Shown: positions 1 to 11,549 of the stretch, in pieces
Position numbering within the stretch: the stretch's first letter is position 1
Layout of the letters: each line of letters begins with the position of its first letter
NCBI GenBank assembly: GCA_040437565.1
Contig: JBDOQK010000009.1
Location: forward strand, 310,001-374,000
Reading direction: 5' to 3'
From: Albugo candida
Lineage: Eukaryota
Length of the DNA: 64,000 nt
The notes under the pieces: model-generated
The model's database searches: none
Told to the model about the DNA's origin: nothing
The model's input: the letters and a program-made list of their open reading frames with translations, nothing else
Translations under genes and position numbers: made by a program

Positions 1-766
1 AGGCGCACTGGAAAATTCAGAATGTAGTCCAGAATGCACAGCCTAAAATGCGATGTAGAATCGTTCGCTCAAAGAAGCTGCTGAGTATCGATTGAGGCGA
101 AAGTTCTACAAAGACCACGTGTGAATTGGTAAGAGAGCTCTCTAAAAGCATGAAGTTAAGAGAATGAGAACAATCACCATCAATACTGCTCCTCAAACAT
201 AGTGACAAGGATTGTAATAGTCTATGCAAACAGACTGGGATTTGCGGCAATATGCTTCATGCATTCTACATTGAGGCCATCAGCTTCTACCAGCACATAC
301 AGCGTAGAATCGCATCCATTCCAGCGTCAACGAAAAGCTTTGGCTTAATAGAATGTCGATTAACTTCAAGTGCGTCTATCAATCCGACATAAAAGATTAG
401 TCGTGCACCGTGAAAGATGTACTTGTCCTCGAACCTAGAAATATCCAGACCTATCTCACGTTATAAAATCATTTATTAGTCTTCCTTGTTTAAAAAGCTC
501 TATCAAACAAAAACTAATGTGGGCTCCATAATCTTCTCAGCTTTGTGAAGTCAGCGGTAACTTTGAGTTAGACAGAAAGTATCTGATGGTTTGTTAGGTT
601 TGTTGCTTGTACTTGCCTCAATTCCAGTCTGTAGTAACAAAATGGTAACGATTACACAAAGCAGTCACCTCCCACTTTGTAACAGGATGGAATTTATGTC
701 AGGTGCAAGGCGTGCGTGTCAAATAAAAAACGAAAGGGGTCGTATTGCGCCGCATCTAGTGACCCA

Positions 767-1920
767 ATCTCAGACTGTAGTCATCTATGAATCAGTACAC
801 TTTGATTCACAGAAGGTGTAAAGTCAACGCACGCAAGCGCCGGTATCAAGTTCGAACAAAGACGTTGGATGATAGTGTGAAACATTGAGATAAACTCTCA
901 AATTGAATTTTGCAAAAATGATCTCCCATTTTAGACATCAGAGGGATTGCCGGCAGCCGCGAAAAGCAATTTATTTAAAAGCAGCGAAATTTGGCGTGAA
1001 AATAGTATATGTGTAGCCAAATAATGTACTAAAGATGCCATAATGAATCTACAGCATCGCCATCCACCATCAGCACGAATTAACTCCCACCTCTGGAAAG
1101 CATACTTATCGACCAAGTCTTGGTATCAGGAAGAGCCTTTTGGGCTTGGTGATATACAAAGTCTCTTGCCTTTGCAATAACAAGGAAATGATGCATGCGG
1201 ACCTCTTGCCCTGAATAGTATCCGTAGTATGCCAAAGGTCAAAAACACCACGGCTAGTATACTTTTACAAGGTACTCAACTCAACCTTGACANNNNNNNN
1301 NNNNNNNNNNNNNNNNNNNNNNNNNNNNNNNNNNNNNNNNNNNNNNNNNNNNNNNNNNNNNNNNNNNNNNNNNNNNNNNNNNNNNNNNNNNNATCTCAGA
1401 CTGTAGTCATCTATGAATCAGTACACTTTGATTCACAGAAGGTGTAAAGTCAACGCACGCAAGCGCCGGTATCAGGTTCGAACAGAGACGGTGGAGGATA
1501 GTGTGATACATTGAGATAAATTCTCAAAGTTGTCTTTTGCAAAAATGATCTCCCAATTTAGACATCAGAGGGATTGCCGGCAGCCGCGAGAAGCAATTTA
1601 TTTGTAAGCAGCAAAATTTGGCGTGAAATTAGTGTATGTGTGTGTAACCAAATAATGTACTAAAGATGCCATAATGAATCTGCTGCATCTCCATCCACCA
1701 TCAGCACGAATTAACTCCCACCTTGGAAAGCATATTTATCGACCAAGTCTTGGTATCAGGAAGAGCTATTTGGGCTTGGTGATATACAAAGTCTCATGCC
1801 TTGCAATCACAAGGAAATGATGCATGCGGACCTCTTGTACTGAATAGTATGCATAGTATGCCAAACGTCAAAAACACCACGGCTAGTATACTTTTAACAA
1901 GGTACTTAACTCAACCTTGT
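767..1920. repeat. Diverged direct repeat 767-1292 / 1393-1920 around an N gap
   Basis: Collinear copies with many substitutions and small indels (e.g. gttggatgatagtgtgaaac vs ggtggaggatagtgtgatac). Confidence 0.9.
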
Positions 1921-1964
1921 CAGGTTGTATTTGTTCAAGTAAATGAAACCATTCTAGGATTCAA

Positions 1965-2795
1965 CAATAATGTGGCTGTTCTTCAAATAACGATACAAAC
2001 CTACAGAATAGTTGATGTAACTCTCTTCGTACTTTATAAATGTGTTTTTGTGGACAGTTGTCTGTCGAGTTGCTTATGTAAAGTCGTCGATCGTGAAGCA
2101 TGTAAGAAAGAATATCGTTCTCTGATCTCGTACTTCGCATGCTAGGCTGAACACACACTTCGACTACGAGAATAATCTTGTATACCAAATGGACAATGAA
2201 TGACTACGACGTTTCATGTGACATCGGGNNNNNNNNNNNNNNNNNNNNNNNNNNNNNNNNNNNNNNNNNNNNNNNNNNNNNNNNNNNNNNNNNNNNNNNN
2301 NNNNNNNNNNNNNNNNNNNNNNNNNNNNCAATAATGTGGCTGTACCTCAAATAACCATACAAACGTATTTTTTTTGTTTTTATTTTATAATCACGCAATA
2401 AAATCAATCCCCCGATTTGAAAGTTGGAGACTCTGGAGTCTGTCCTTAAGTTGTACCTTGTTGTACATACTCTTCTGAAAGAAAAACCGCTCTGAAAAAG
2501 ATTCACAACTTACTACTCGTTCCATTACTATCACTTTAAACGGGTGAGTGTTTTTACTGTATTCAAAAATGCAGAATATTTGATGTAACTCTCTTCGTAC
2601 ACTACAAATGTGCTGTTGTGAACAGTTGTCTGTCGCCTTGCTTATATAGAGTGGTCGATCGTGAAGCGTGTACGAAAGAATATAGTTTTCTGTTTTCGTT
2701 TTTCGCATGCTAGGCTGAACACACCCTTCGACTACGAGGATAATCTTTTATACCAAATGGATGATGAATGACTACGACGTTTTATCTGAAACGGG
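1965..2795. repeat. Diverged direct repeat ~1965-2228 / 2329-2795; the second copy has a ~200-bp insertion
   Basis: Shared caataatgtggctgt...gactacgacgttt. The extra segment 2368-2571 is only in the second copy. Confidence 0.85.
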
Positions 2796-3130
2796 ATAAA
2801 TTTGTAGTAAGATTCAGATGTTGCAGCTAGGTTGCACTAAGAGAAGTCTAGAGCATTCTTGACCACACATTGGAAATTTAGAACCTAGAACGTAAACTTT
2901 GACTGAATATTCTTAATTGCACAACCCATTTATACGATCCCTATAGCCCATATAATTTATAGATCGTGCAGCATTTTTAGTTCGAATTGGCAGAAAAGAA
3001 TATCTCTACTGATAATGATTATAACCCTACAGCATATCTGGCAGAATTCCCGCGATGTCGAACGGAGAAGACGTCCTCTTTTCCGAGAGGTGGTATCTTG
3101 ACATCTACCAGCCAATGCTATTGTGGCGGG

Positions 3131-3150
3131 AGTTATTCATTCTTATTTTC
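3131..3150 (+). promoter_or_regulatory. Oomycete Inr-FPR-like core promoter motif
   Basis: ttcattcttattttc resembles the oomycete YCATTYYNNNWTTY consensus, ~40 bp upstream of ATG 3185. Confidence 0.35.
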
Positions 3151-3184
3151 TCCCAACTTTCGACAAGAACCAATTCAAATTGAT

Positions 3185-5739
3185 ATGAGATCTTGCTTCA
3201 CCCCATCGCTGCTATCTTGTTATTCTATCACAACGACTGTACTCGCGGCAGATGAAAAAATTTCCCTCGAACTGACGTGTATGTCCTACATATTATTATA
3301 CTCTTTTATAATACCATAGTCATTGTTGTGTGTAGTATGCACTGGAACGGAAAAGAAGTTATGTAATCCAAAAAGTATGAAAGAAAAGGCGACATCAAGT
3401 AAAGTAAACAGCGCGAAGTATAAGGAGGAATCATTAACATGCATGTCTTTGCTTACTTATTTGCTACGACACGAATCTAAACACGTTTTTGCTCAGCAAT
3501 TGTCACAGACAATTTTCCCGTCAATTCCAACGGGCAGCGTTCACAAGTTATGCCTACAATGGAGCAATACGGGAAAGCACTAGAGCGGGAGGGGTGGCCA
3601 AAAATAAGAGATAAACGTGGTTTAAGCGATTACTCCGAAACGAATATCCCCCACCTTTCGAACGGGAAGCGGCATGCAGCATTGACAATATCTGGTGTGA
3701 GCAATTTCAGGATGCAGAATCAAAACGGGTATGTATTTGTGCTACATGCTGACAACAAAACGCTTGACAAGATTGTTTACTACAAACTTTGTATCTTATC
3801 TCCATTCTTAGGCAAAATCAGAACCGGCCTAACGAGCGCCGCAAAGAAGGCTAAGGGACCGATGTTCTAATTTTGAGCTCGGCTTAAACTCGGTCAATGC
3901 ATATCGCGGGCCCATTTATATGAATAGAAAAGGGGATATTTCAGATGTTTTCGCCAAATTCGATCCTTCGCCTAACTCTTCCAAGCTTCGTTTCTCTATC
4001 TCCCTTCATCAAAGTGGGGTGCCGAAAAATAGGCTGGACACCGTGTTTCAAGTTCAACAGCCATAGGGCCATCGCAACATCCTCTACGGCATGTAGACTT
4101 TTCTCACGACATTTTACATGAATAAAAAAACTTCCACGATGACGTCACCTCGCAGTTGCGTTGTTGCAACATTGTCAAGCGGGATATCTTGATCTAGAGG
4201 GTAGCCTCAAGATCAATTAGTTACGCAGTCTATCTTGCAAAGGATAACGTAGCGAAGACAGTCACGACAATCTAGCAAGAGCTGCTTTTATGAGGTTGCA
4301 CTCGACTGTTTAGATTATTTCGCCGCGTATGCTCACTGGAAAATTAATTCGCAACAGAGCAGATACAATAGCGATAAATGGAGAAGGAAGTGTCACAAAC
4401 GCAATTGAGAGAGATCGTGGATCGTTACTTACGGTAACGTACTCTTCATCCCTGGATATCACTGAACACAACCAAGGTGTTCACATTATCCGACTGGTTG
4501 CAAAATCCGACAGTGGCAATGTCGCTTTTGCCATACGTATTCGAAAACTATCGGACAGATAATTTTGCACCATTTGAATCTAGCTTAAAATTTATTGATA
4601 CATTCGAAAAAATGATATATATTTTCACAGCCTCATCACTTCCAACTGATACATGATACATGATTCTGAGCACGAAACACATTCTTTTATCATCATCATG
4701 CTACTGCTCTACTTTTAAGCTTCTCAACACTAGATCTCTTCAGCAGCTACGTTCTGCGACGTCATCAGTATTGTGCTCCCCGCAATCATACCCGCTGATC
4801 TCCAGTTCATGCTGCAGATATCAATGCGATGTACTAATCGATTTAATCTAAAAAGCTACATTGCGAATATATAAGAGTTGTTGGCGCGCCTGCTGATAGA
4901 TCTGACGTCTTGTCGTTAACCCTAAGAATCACATCGTTAATACAGTGCAGAACCTGCTCCTCGTAAAGTATCCTTTTCAATCAAATAAAGCATCCCATCC
5001 TCTATATTGTGCTCGAGATGATCTCAATGATTCATTTTCCGCTCTTATTTACTCTCTCTTCCGCTTACGTTTTTTTTTTGGAGCAATTTATCAGTGACAC
5101 GGCTCAGCCTTGTATGAGGTGTAGACTACAGGTGACTTGAATTTGAAGCCGATCACTACAATCATGGTGAGTGGAGAACTCCTTATTGTGTTGCTACTCA
5201 TTTCTACTACAACTGAATGCGTGGTCATCTTTAATCAGAATGTACATGGTGCCGGTATGAAAATAAATTAGAACATTATGTGGAAGCGATATGAATGATC
5301 TGACATTACTCTTCGTAGACGACTGTAGCATACGTGTTCTTGAAAGCCGCAAGCGATTCGAGAAATTGAGACATAGGTAAAAAGAACAGCAAGTACGCAA
5401 GTCATCGTGTCATTGGTTTTCTTCATTGTATGGAGATTTCCACAGAGCAGAGTGTGCTGGAGCATTATCGCGAGCTCTATCCGGTGGGCAAACGTGTTGA
5501 TGGCTGTCATATTTTCGGTGTTGATCACGCAGAACGCCGCGTAGATCTCTCATTGATACACGCAAGTAAAGAAGCTATCACCGAGAAGCTTGCAAATAAT
5601 ACGACGGCAGTATATGAACTATGAGCAGGATTTCGACATAGTCGCGCGTGTACTTGGCGACGAAGTGGCCACACAAAGTTAAGCTGAGAAGAAATCGCGT
5701 ATGATTGCAACCATCATCAACGGTGTTCAAACTCAGTAG
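3185..5739 (+). pseudogene. Secreted-protein (candidate effector) pseudogene A
   Basis: ATG 3185 MRSCFTPSLLSCYSITTTVLA (signal-peptide-like). GTATGT intron ~3279-3335 rejoins the frame of ORF 3323. Later frameshifts and stops; CMRC motif near 5110. Collinear paralog at 19977-22278. Confidence 0.6.
5398..5596 (+). other. Captured S1 RNA-binding domain fragment (RRP5-like) inside pseudogene A
   Basis: Open frame ASHRVIGFLHCMEISTEQSVLEHYRELYPVGKRVDGCHIFGVDHAERRVDLSL fits the S1 repeat pattern (G-x-I/L-H-x-x-E-I-S...Y/F-P-V-G...V-D...R-V-D-L-S-L). The paralog has unrelated sequence at this position. Confidence 0.65.
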
Positions 5740-8479
5740 CATTGAGCCCATGAAAAAAAAATGCTTATCCCCTTTAAGTCGCTAATGTTCAACATGCAGC
5801 TTCCTTTCAACAAAGCCGATTCTATCCATTACCACGAATCCATATCTGCTGTTAGATAAGTATCTAGTTTTCACTCGGAAGACCTTGCACAACTGCAACA
5901 ATAGATCACCTTATTTTGATTTATGTGACTTCGAAATGAATATGTCCTCACTCTTTGTCTCTAAATACTGATGCATTTGATCTTTTCTCGCTTGATTATT
6001 ATATAAATCATGTCACGAAGTAATTCTCTTAATAGAGCTTGCAGTCTCAATTAAGAAGTGATATCACAAAATATGCAATTCTCACTATTTTTGAATTTGC
6101 CAGCGCATTCGGGCCGTACGATTGCAGATAGCGTTGCGCAATGTGCACTTCAGCTGGCAAGGAAGCAAATTTTAGCTCCAATTCTCAACGCTTCTGCAAT
6201 TTGTGCACCATCATTTCCCGTTTTTGATCTGTTTTTCTCCTTGATATCCGAACAACACGAATCATGACCCTTTCCCGAATACATTCAGTAGATACATAGG
6301 ACAATTGTTGTCTCTTCAGTGCGATAGAAGACTAAAGCCTAAATAGCACGAGCTGTTCCACTCTTACCTTTTTTTAACGAAATAAGTCAAGTATGTGAAC
6401 TGATGAGGATGCACATACAATCCAGAAATTGAAGATACGTATAATTACACACACTTCTTCTAGTGCAATAAAAGAAAAGCCTTCTCAAGCGCACGTATGT
6501 CAAGTACAGTGTTAAGTATGTATTCCTGCTAAATGATATGTCAAGTGCTTCAAGTAGGACAATGTTGTTCCTTTTTACTCTAGCTTTCCTTTTTTTGAGT
6601 GAGAATTTTTCTGCTCTAAGTGCTGCCAGCAATCTTTTTTACCATACTTTGGTGTGCAGCTACGCAGTCCAGCGCGTTCTTTGTAACCAATGCTAATGCT
6701 ACTTGTTTGATCAATAAATCTAGTCGTTTTGTTTCATTGCGATGAATACAAGATGGCGAAGCTTTTGCACTCTGAGAAGCAGAAAACTTGAGGTCGGCAA
6801 CGCTCGCATACCGATTTTTAGTTGCATGAACTTACACGCTAGCAGCTTGAGGGAGAACATGAACGTGCTGGCCAACATATGGCGGGCAAAATCTCATCGA
6901 GGTGAATTAGTGCGTGGTCAGTCTAAAGAACAATTTCGTACGGTCTTGTAGATGCGCTCAAGGGAATGGATACTTGAAGAGCGCGTTTGGGTTCTACGGA
7001 CCGGCAATTGAAGCGAACGTTTTGAACGCGAGCCTCGTTAAGCCATCCAGCAGGTGGAGCCGTGTACGTGCCCCTAATTCAGCTGTAAGATCTCTTTCGC
7101 TTCTGTGCAGGCGATCTCTATCGTACAGTACATTCGAATTGCGCTAGCACCCACCACGTTCTAATTCTCTTCGTCAGGACTCTTTTTGACTGAAATTCAA
7201 TAAAGCTTTGTTGGAGCTATGCGGATGACTTGAATGTATGGAGCCTGGACAATGCAGGTCACACAGAAAATCAATTGCGTAGAAATTATCTCAGCGTTGA
7301 TGGTCGCCGTTCGGTGAAAGTCTGCGATTGGTAAAATCATTTGTAACTTTAGAGCGGAATAAGTTTCAGGGTAAAAATGGCACTTCGGAGAGAGAAGAAG
7401 TATTAATTTTCGTGTATTTACAGGAAATCGAATTGACATAAATCATACGCGTTCATAGAAGCGAGTCACAATTTATTTACTTAGATTGCAATAAAGCTTT
7501 GATCTTTTAAGACCACAATGTAAAGTTCGTACACGAGTCCGTGTCGCTACTTGACACCCACACAACTCACTTGCTGGAAAACTATCTCCATTTACCATCC
7601 ACGGATATAACCCTATCAACTAATGCTGAATGAAGGTGCCTGCATAATCCTTTCAAGTATCGAGACTGGTAGCTCAAGTTTATCGCGAGTTGCTGAGAAG
7701 TGTTAAAGTGTATTCTTGCAGGGGCCCAACGTGTCAGAAAGGGCAAGCGCGCTTATCGAATGCATACTTGTTGAGGGTAATGTCACTAGTCGGAATATAT
7801 GACTATGCTACCCCGTGTAATATGATTGTGACAAAGCGTATTCAAAGTCGCGAGGGATCAAAGAAACGAGATTGTGAGTTTCGCGAGTAATGCGGATAGA
7901 TCATATAAAATTTTTTAGTGCTCATCATTATGAAACCTTGCTATGTATAGTCTTGAAATCGGATACGTAAGCTCTTCATCAGTACGGAGGGACAAAGGGC
8001 TGCACTGTAGATGGAGCGGGTGGGTGTAATAGCGAGAGAAAGCGCGTGTATAACTGATACGGCCTTCCGTTGATGGAGGACTTATTATTAAGATAGATAT
8101 GCAATTAAAAGCTTTTATTTTATAGACTTCACAAAGCTTCCCAAAACGTTAGACGAATTGCGTTTGGGAGAGTGTGAAGAGAGTTTGAGGCACTGGCATC
8201 CTCGAAGTTTTTTTTAGTTTTCATGCGCTGAGCCCAGCAAGCGTGCGCAGACAGTTTCACAGCCTTGATGCTTTGGTGGAAACGCAGTTAGCAGAATTTA
8301 CAAGCAGTCGTGATCTCCTTATACGTGAAGCTTTATCACAAAATATACGAACGTATGCCTTTTCTGCCTCAAATCACGTAATTTTTTATTTACTCGAATA
8401 TATTAACTTGAGACCGTTCTTTTTTAACCCTCAATGGTATCTGGAAATGTTTAATATCGTATAGGCCAAGTTTTTGCTC

Positions 8480-10600
8480 TAGAAAATCCCCGGTCCACGT
8501 GAAGATGATTCATCATCGTCCAACAGCTCCATCTTCGGCGAACTTGCGATCACGCAGCACGATTATAACATAAAAGCACGGAGTTGATTTTACACTGCGA
8601 ACCTTTTGGATGAACCAGAAAACTGTTTCGAGCTTGCAGCATTGAAATGATGTGCATCTTGATAATGCCGCAACATAATCATAGGTGAAAGTGGATAAAC
8701 CCGACTTCGTTTTGTGAATAGTGATATTACTTTGTAGGCCTTTGTACGTACTTCATGTTTCCATGCATCCATAACTTGTAGTCGATATTTTTTATCATTC
8801 GCCTCTCACTAAGCCTCAAGCTTTGTCAGAGTCAGCTAACCAGAATTACTTCCTTCATCCTGATTTGGTCATCATCATCAGCTTACGAAAGGGATGCAGT
8901 GAAATCAGAAAAATAAATTGGGGCTGAAATGTAAGAAAGAAGAAGTGTTGAAAGCTTTCATAAAACTTCGATTAAAATAGAATGGGATGGCGTTTCTGTT
9001 GTCGAAGCAGCGCCTCGGCCAGCAGACACTTACCGGTAGGTACTGGTGAAAGCAAATATCAAGTGATGACTGCTTGAAAGTGCCAGCTTCAAAGCGGTTT
9101 CAGATGCGCATCGACGTGGTAGTCGCTGATTGGTAGTAGAAGAAGGCTTATAGTAGCAGTAGAAACAGATTTGGCGAACTAAGGACCTTAATAAATATTG
9201 AACATTTTACCATCAAGTGCTCAAGGGACCTTTTTTCATTAGTTTTAACATGATTTACGAGCAAACGATTTTAGTATTTTTATGACATAAGAACATTGAC
9301 GGGCATGTCGGCAGGTCTACTCAGCCTCTTAGAGAATTAATACCGCTATGCATATACTCTAGCTCCCGGTAAGAAACACAAAAGATTCAACAGGTATATC
9401 TTCTTATTACTTCTTTGCAATAACTCCCAGAAGCTCGGTAATCGATGAAACTTTGATGATGTTACCAAAAGTTCAGTATAGCAAGAAGCTTGGTTTTCAC
9501 AGGACTAAACGAAAGGAACAAAAGAAATGGGTCAGCTTAGTCGAAAAGACTAACAGCAGGAACGCCAAGTTTGACCCACACTCTTTTCTCTGATGCGACA
9601 GCCTTTAAATTCGTAGTACTTTGTTTTTCTGAAAGTCCGGACGTGCCGACTGTGCACGTTGTAGTGAATTTCTCAAACGTCATTAATCAAAATTTATCGA
9701 CTTTTTGAACCGAATTTTAGTAAACAAGTCAATCGACAAAGGCGGATCATAGAATCTTGAGTCTTTCTTCCTGTCGTCCTTGCTGTCAGAATGATCTTAT
9801 GACTATTATTGGTGAATGCTAAGCTTATATATCCACTAGACTTCTTACTCAGAAATAAACCTGTTTTTTTGCATTGACCCTGTAACAATCAACAAATATT
9901 ACTCTCGATGAGCCGACACTTACTGATGAATTACTCACGCTATTACTACCCCTCCCCATATTATCTTCTGTCACATGCTGGTATAAAACATATGGCACCT
10001 TCCGTATAACAGTGGCTGTTTCATTCGAAAGCGGACTTGAAAATCGTTCTAGACAACTGGAGTCGATAATATTCTACGGCCACGCACTTGCAGATGTCTT
10101 GGTCACACATGAGCAAGGTAAGGAGCGTATTGTGAAAAGCGCTGAGTGCAAGATTGATTTTGAAAGACCAGCTTCCTGAAACGAGAACGATTGACTCAAG
10201 CACACTGTGCTTACATCACATAACGGGCTCATATTGTAAATAAATCCTCAAAGTTTATTGACTTATGTACTTGAAACGCAAGTGAGTTCACTTTTTGTCT
10301 TAATCATATGTTTCAGCGGGGCTTTCTTCTGCATAAGCCTATGTCACCATCACCTTTACCTTATGAGTGTGTTTAATCTAGCGTTGTGGCGTGCCCAAAA
10401 TCTTCTACAGCGATGACTGCCAATTGCGTGTCGACCCAACTAGTTTTTTTGATGTACAAACTTCACCATATCACTACACTTGTAGCCCAGTAGAACAAGT
10501 TTGACGAAAGTAGTTGGTTTCGATTACACGAGGCATTCGCAAAGCTTGCATTATATCAGAACAAGTCACTCCTCAAGAAGGAAAGATGTGAACCAACTTA
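8480..10600 (-). pseudogene. Degenerate gene B (possible CHxC/CCG-like), convergent with A
   Basis: Fragmented minus-strand ORFs; 9720-10480 is homologous to 22490-23450. Decayed CH(M)-type motif in both copies. Limits are uncertain. Confidence 0.35.
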
Positions 10601-10941
10601 CTAATATGAAAGTAACCTTAATACAAGTTCTTAAATGTGCTGCGGCGTAAATGCAAAAGCTTTGAGTATGTTCCCACCAAATGTAAACGTAAAATTGACG
10701 GTACTACCTTCAGAAAAAAAGAGCAGTATGATGATCATCTACCCGTTTCTTTTATCAGAGCGACGCACGATTCCTCAATGATACCATATCGACCTTCACT
10801 AAGTAGGCCCAAACTCAAATATGTGAAAATACCTTGAAGATATCGTCAAGCGGATGGGCTTGGAATCTGAGTCAGTGTCAAGGGCACCACTACCCCATCT
10901 AGACAATTTGTGCGGACGATTCGACATTTCTCTTCGTAAAA

Positions 10942-11012
10942 AACTAGATAGCATAATGGTAATGTAAAGGACTGCAAATCCTTTAATAACGGTTCAAATC
11001 CGTTTCTAGCTA
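10942..11012 (+). tRNA. trnC: tRNA-Cys(GCA), AT-rich, organelle-like (probable NUMT or pseudogene)
   Basis: Cloverleaf: acceptor aactaga/tctagct (one mismatch), D-arm gcataatggtaatgt, anticodon stem aagga-ctGCAaa-tcctt, T-arm aacgg-ttcaaat-ccgtt; 24/71 GC. Confidence 0.8.
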
Positions 11013-11549
11013 CATTGTATAGATTTTCGAGGCAACTTGGACTCGTCCAAGTCGATTGTGATGAATGTGGCAGCAATTCGTCCTTGCCCTCGGAGTGGCG
11101 GATATTCGCATTCCCTATTCAACCATATTGTGCTGGGAAGATTCGGATAGTATTTGTGCATTCCATTCAGCCAGGGAACGACCCATTTGACGTTTGTATC
11201 AGCACTCAAACACCTTTACGATGGGTCTGCTGTAAGTTTTTTCCGGGTCCGTTTTCGACAACTACTTGCGCAGAAGATAGATTATTCAAGTCTGTGACAC
11301 TACAAGATGCACTTGGACATACCAGCAAAGAAGGGTCAGCAGTGGAAACCAGTGCTCCATCGATTTTTGCTTGGCCGAAAGCACAATTAAGATTCGTAAC
11401 ACGTTCACCTGATCAGCAAAGAACTTCATTACTTAGTCGACAGGATAGTGAACCTCAGAGTATCTCATTGGTGGGACAACGAAAAGTACAACGTCTTTCA
11501 GCAATTCACATCCGATGCGTCAAGCATCCTACCTAAGAAATAAGCAACG

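Larger units (their letters stand above)
1..2860 (-). pseudogene. Degenerate cysteine-motif (CxxC-like) gene remnant(s), possibly Albugo CCG/CHxC-effector-like, present as partially duplicated diverged copies
   Basis: Minus-strand translation gives stop-interrupted protein-like stretches with decayed CxxC[L] motifs (ACVR*LYTF, ACIISLL, RCCRFIM). There is no long intact ORF. Boundaries are approximate. Confidence 0.35.

Noticed and set aside
6750-7100. Possible Gypsy integrase C-terminal remnant (ERVW-FY...SSRW)
   Set aside because: Similarity too weak to support without a search.
11015-11536. 173-aa ORF after the tRNA
   Set aside because: Non-ATG start, no recognisable motif, lies in a decayed region.
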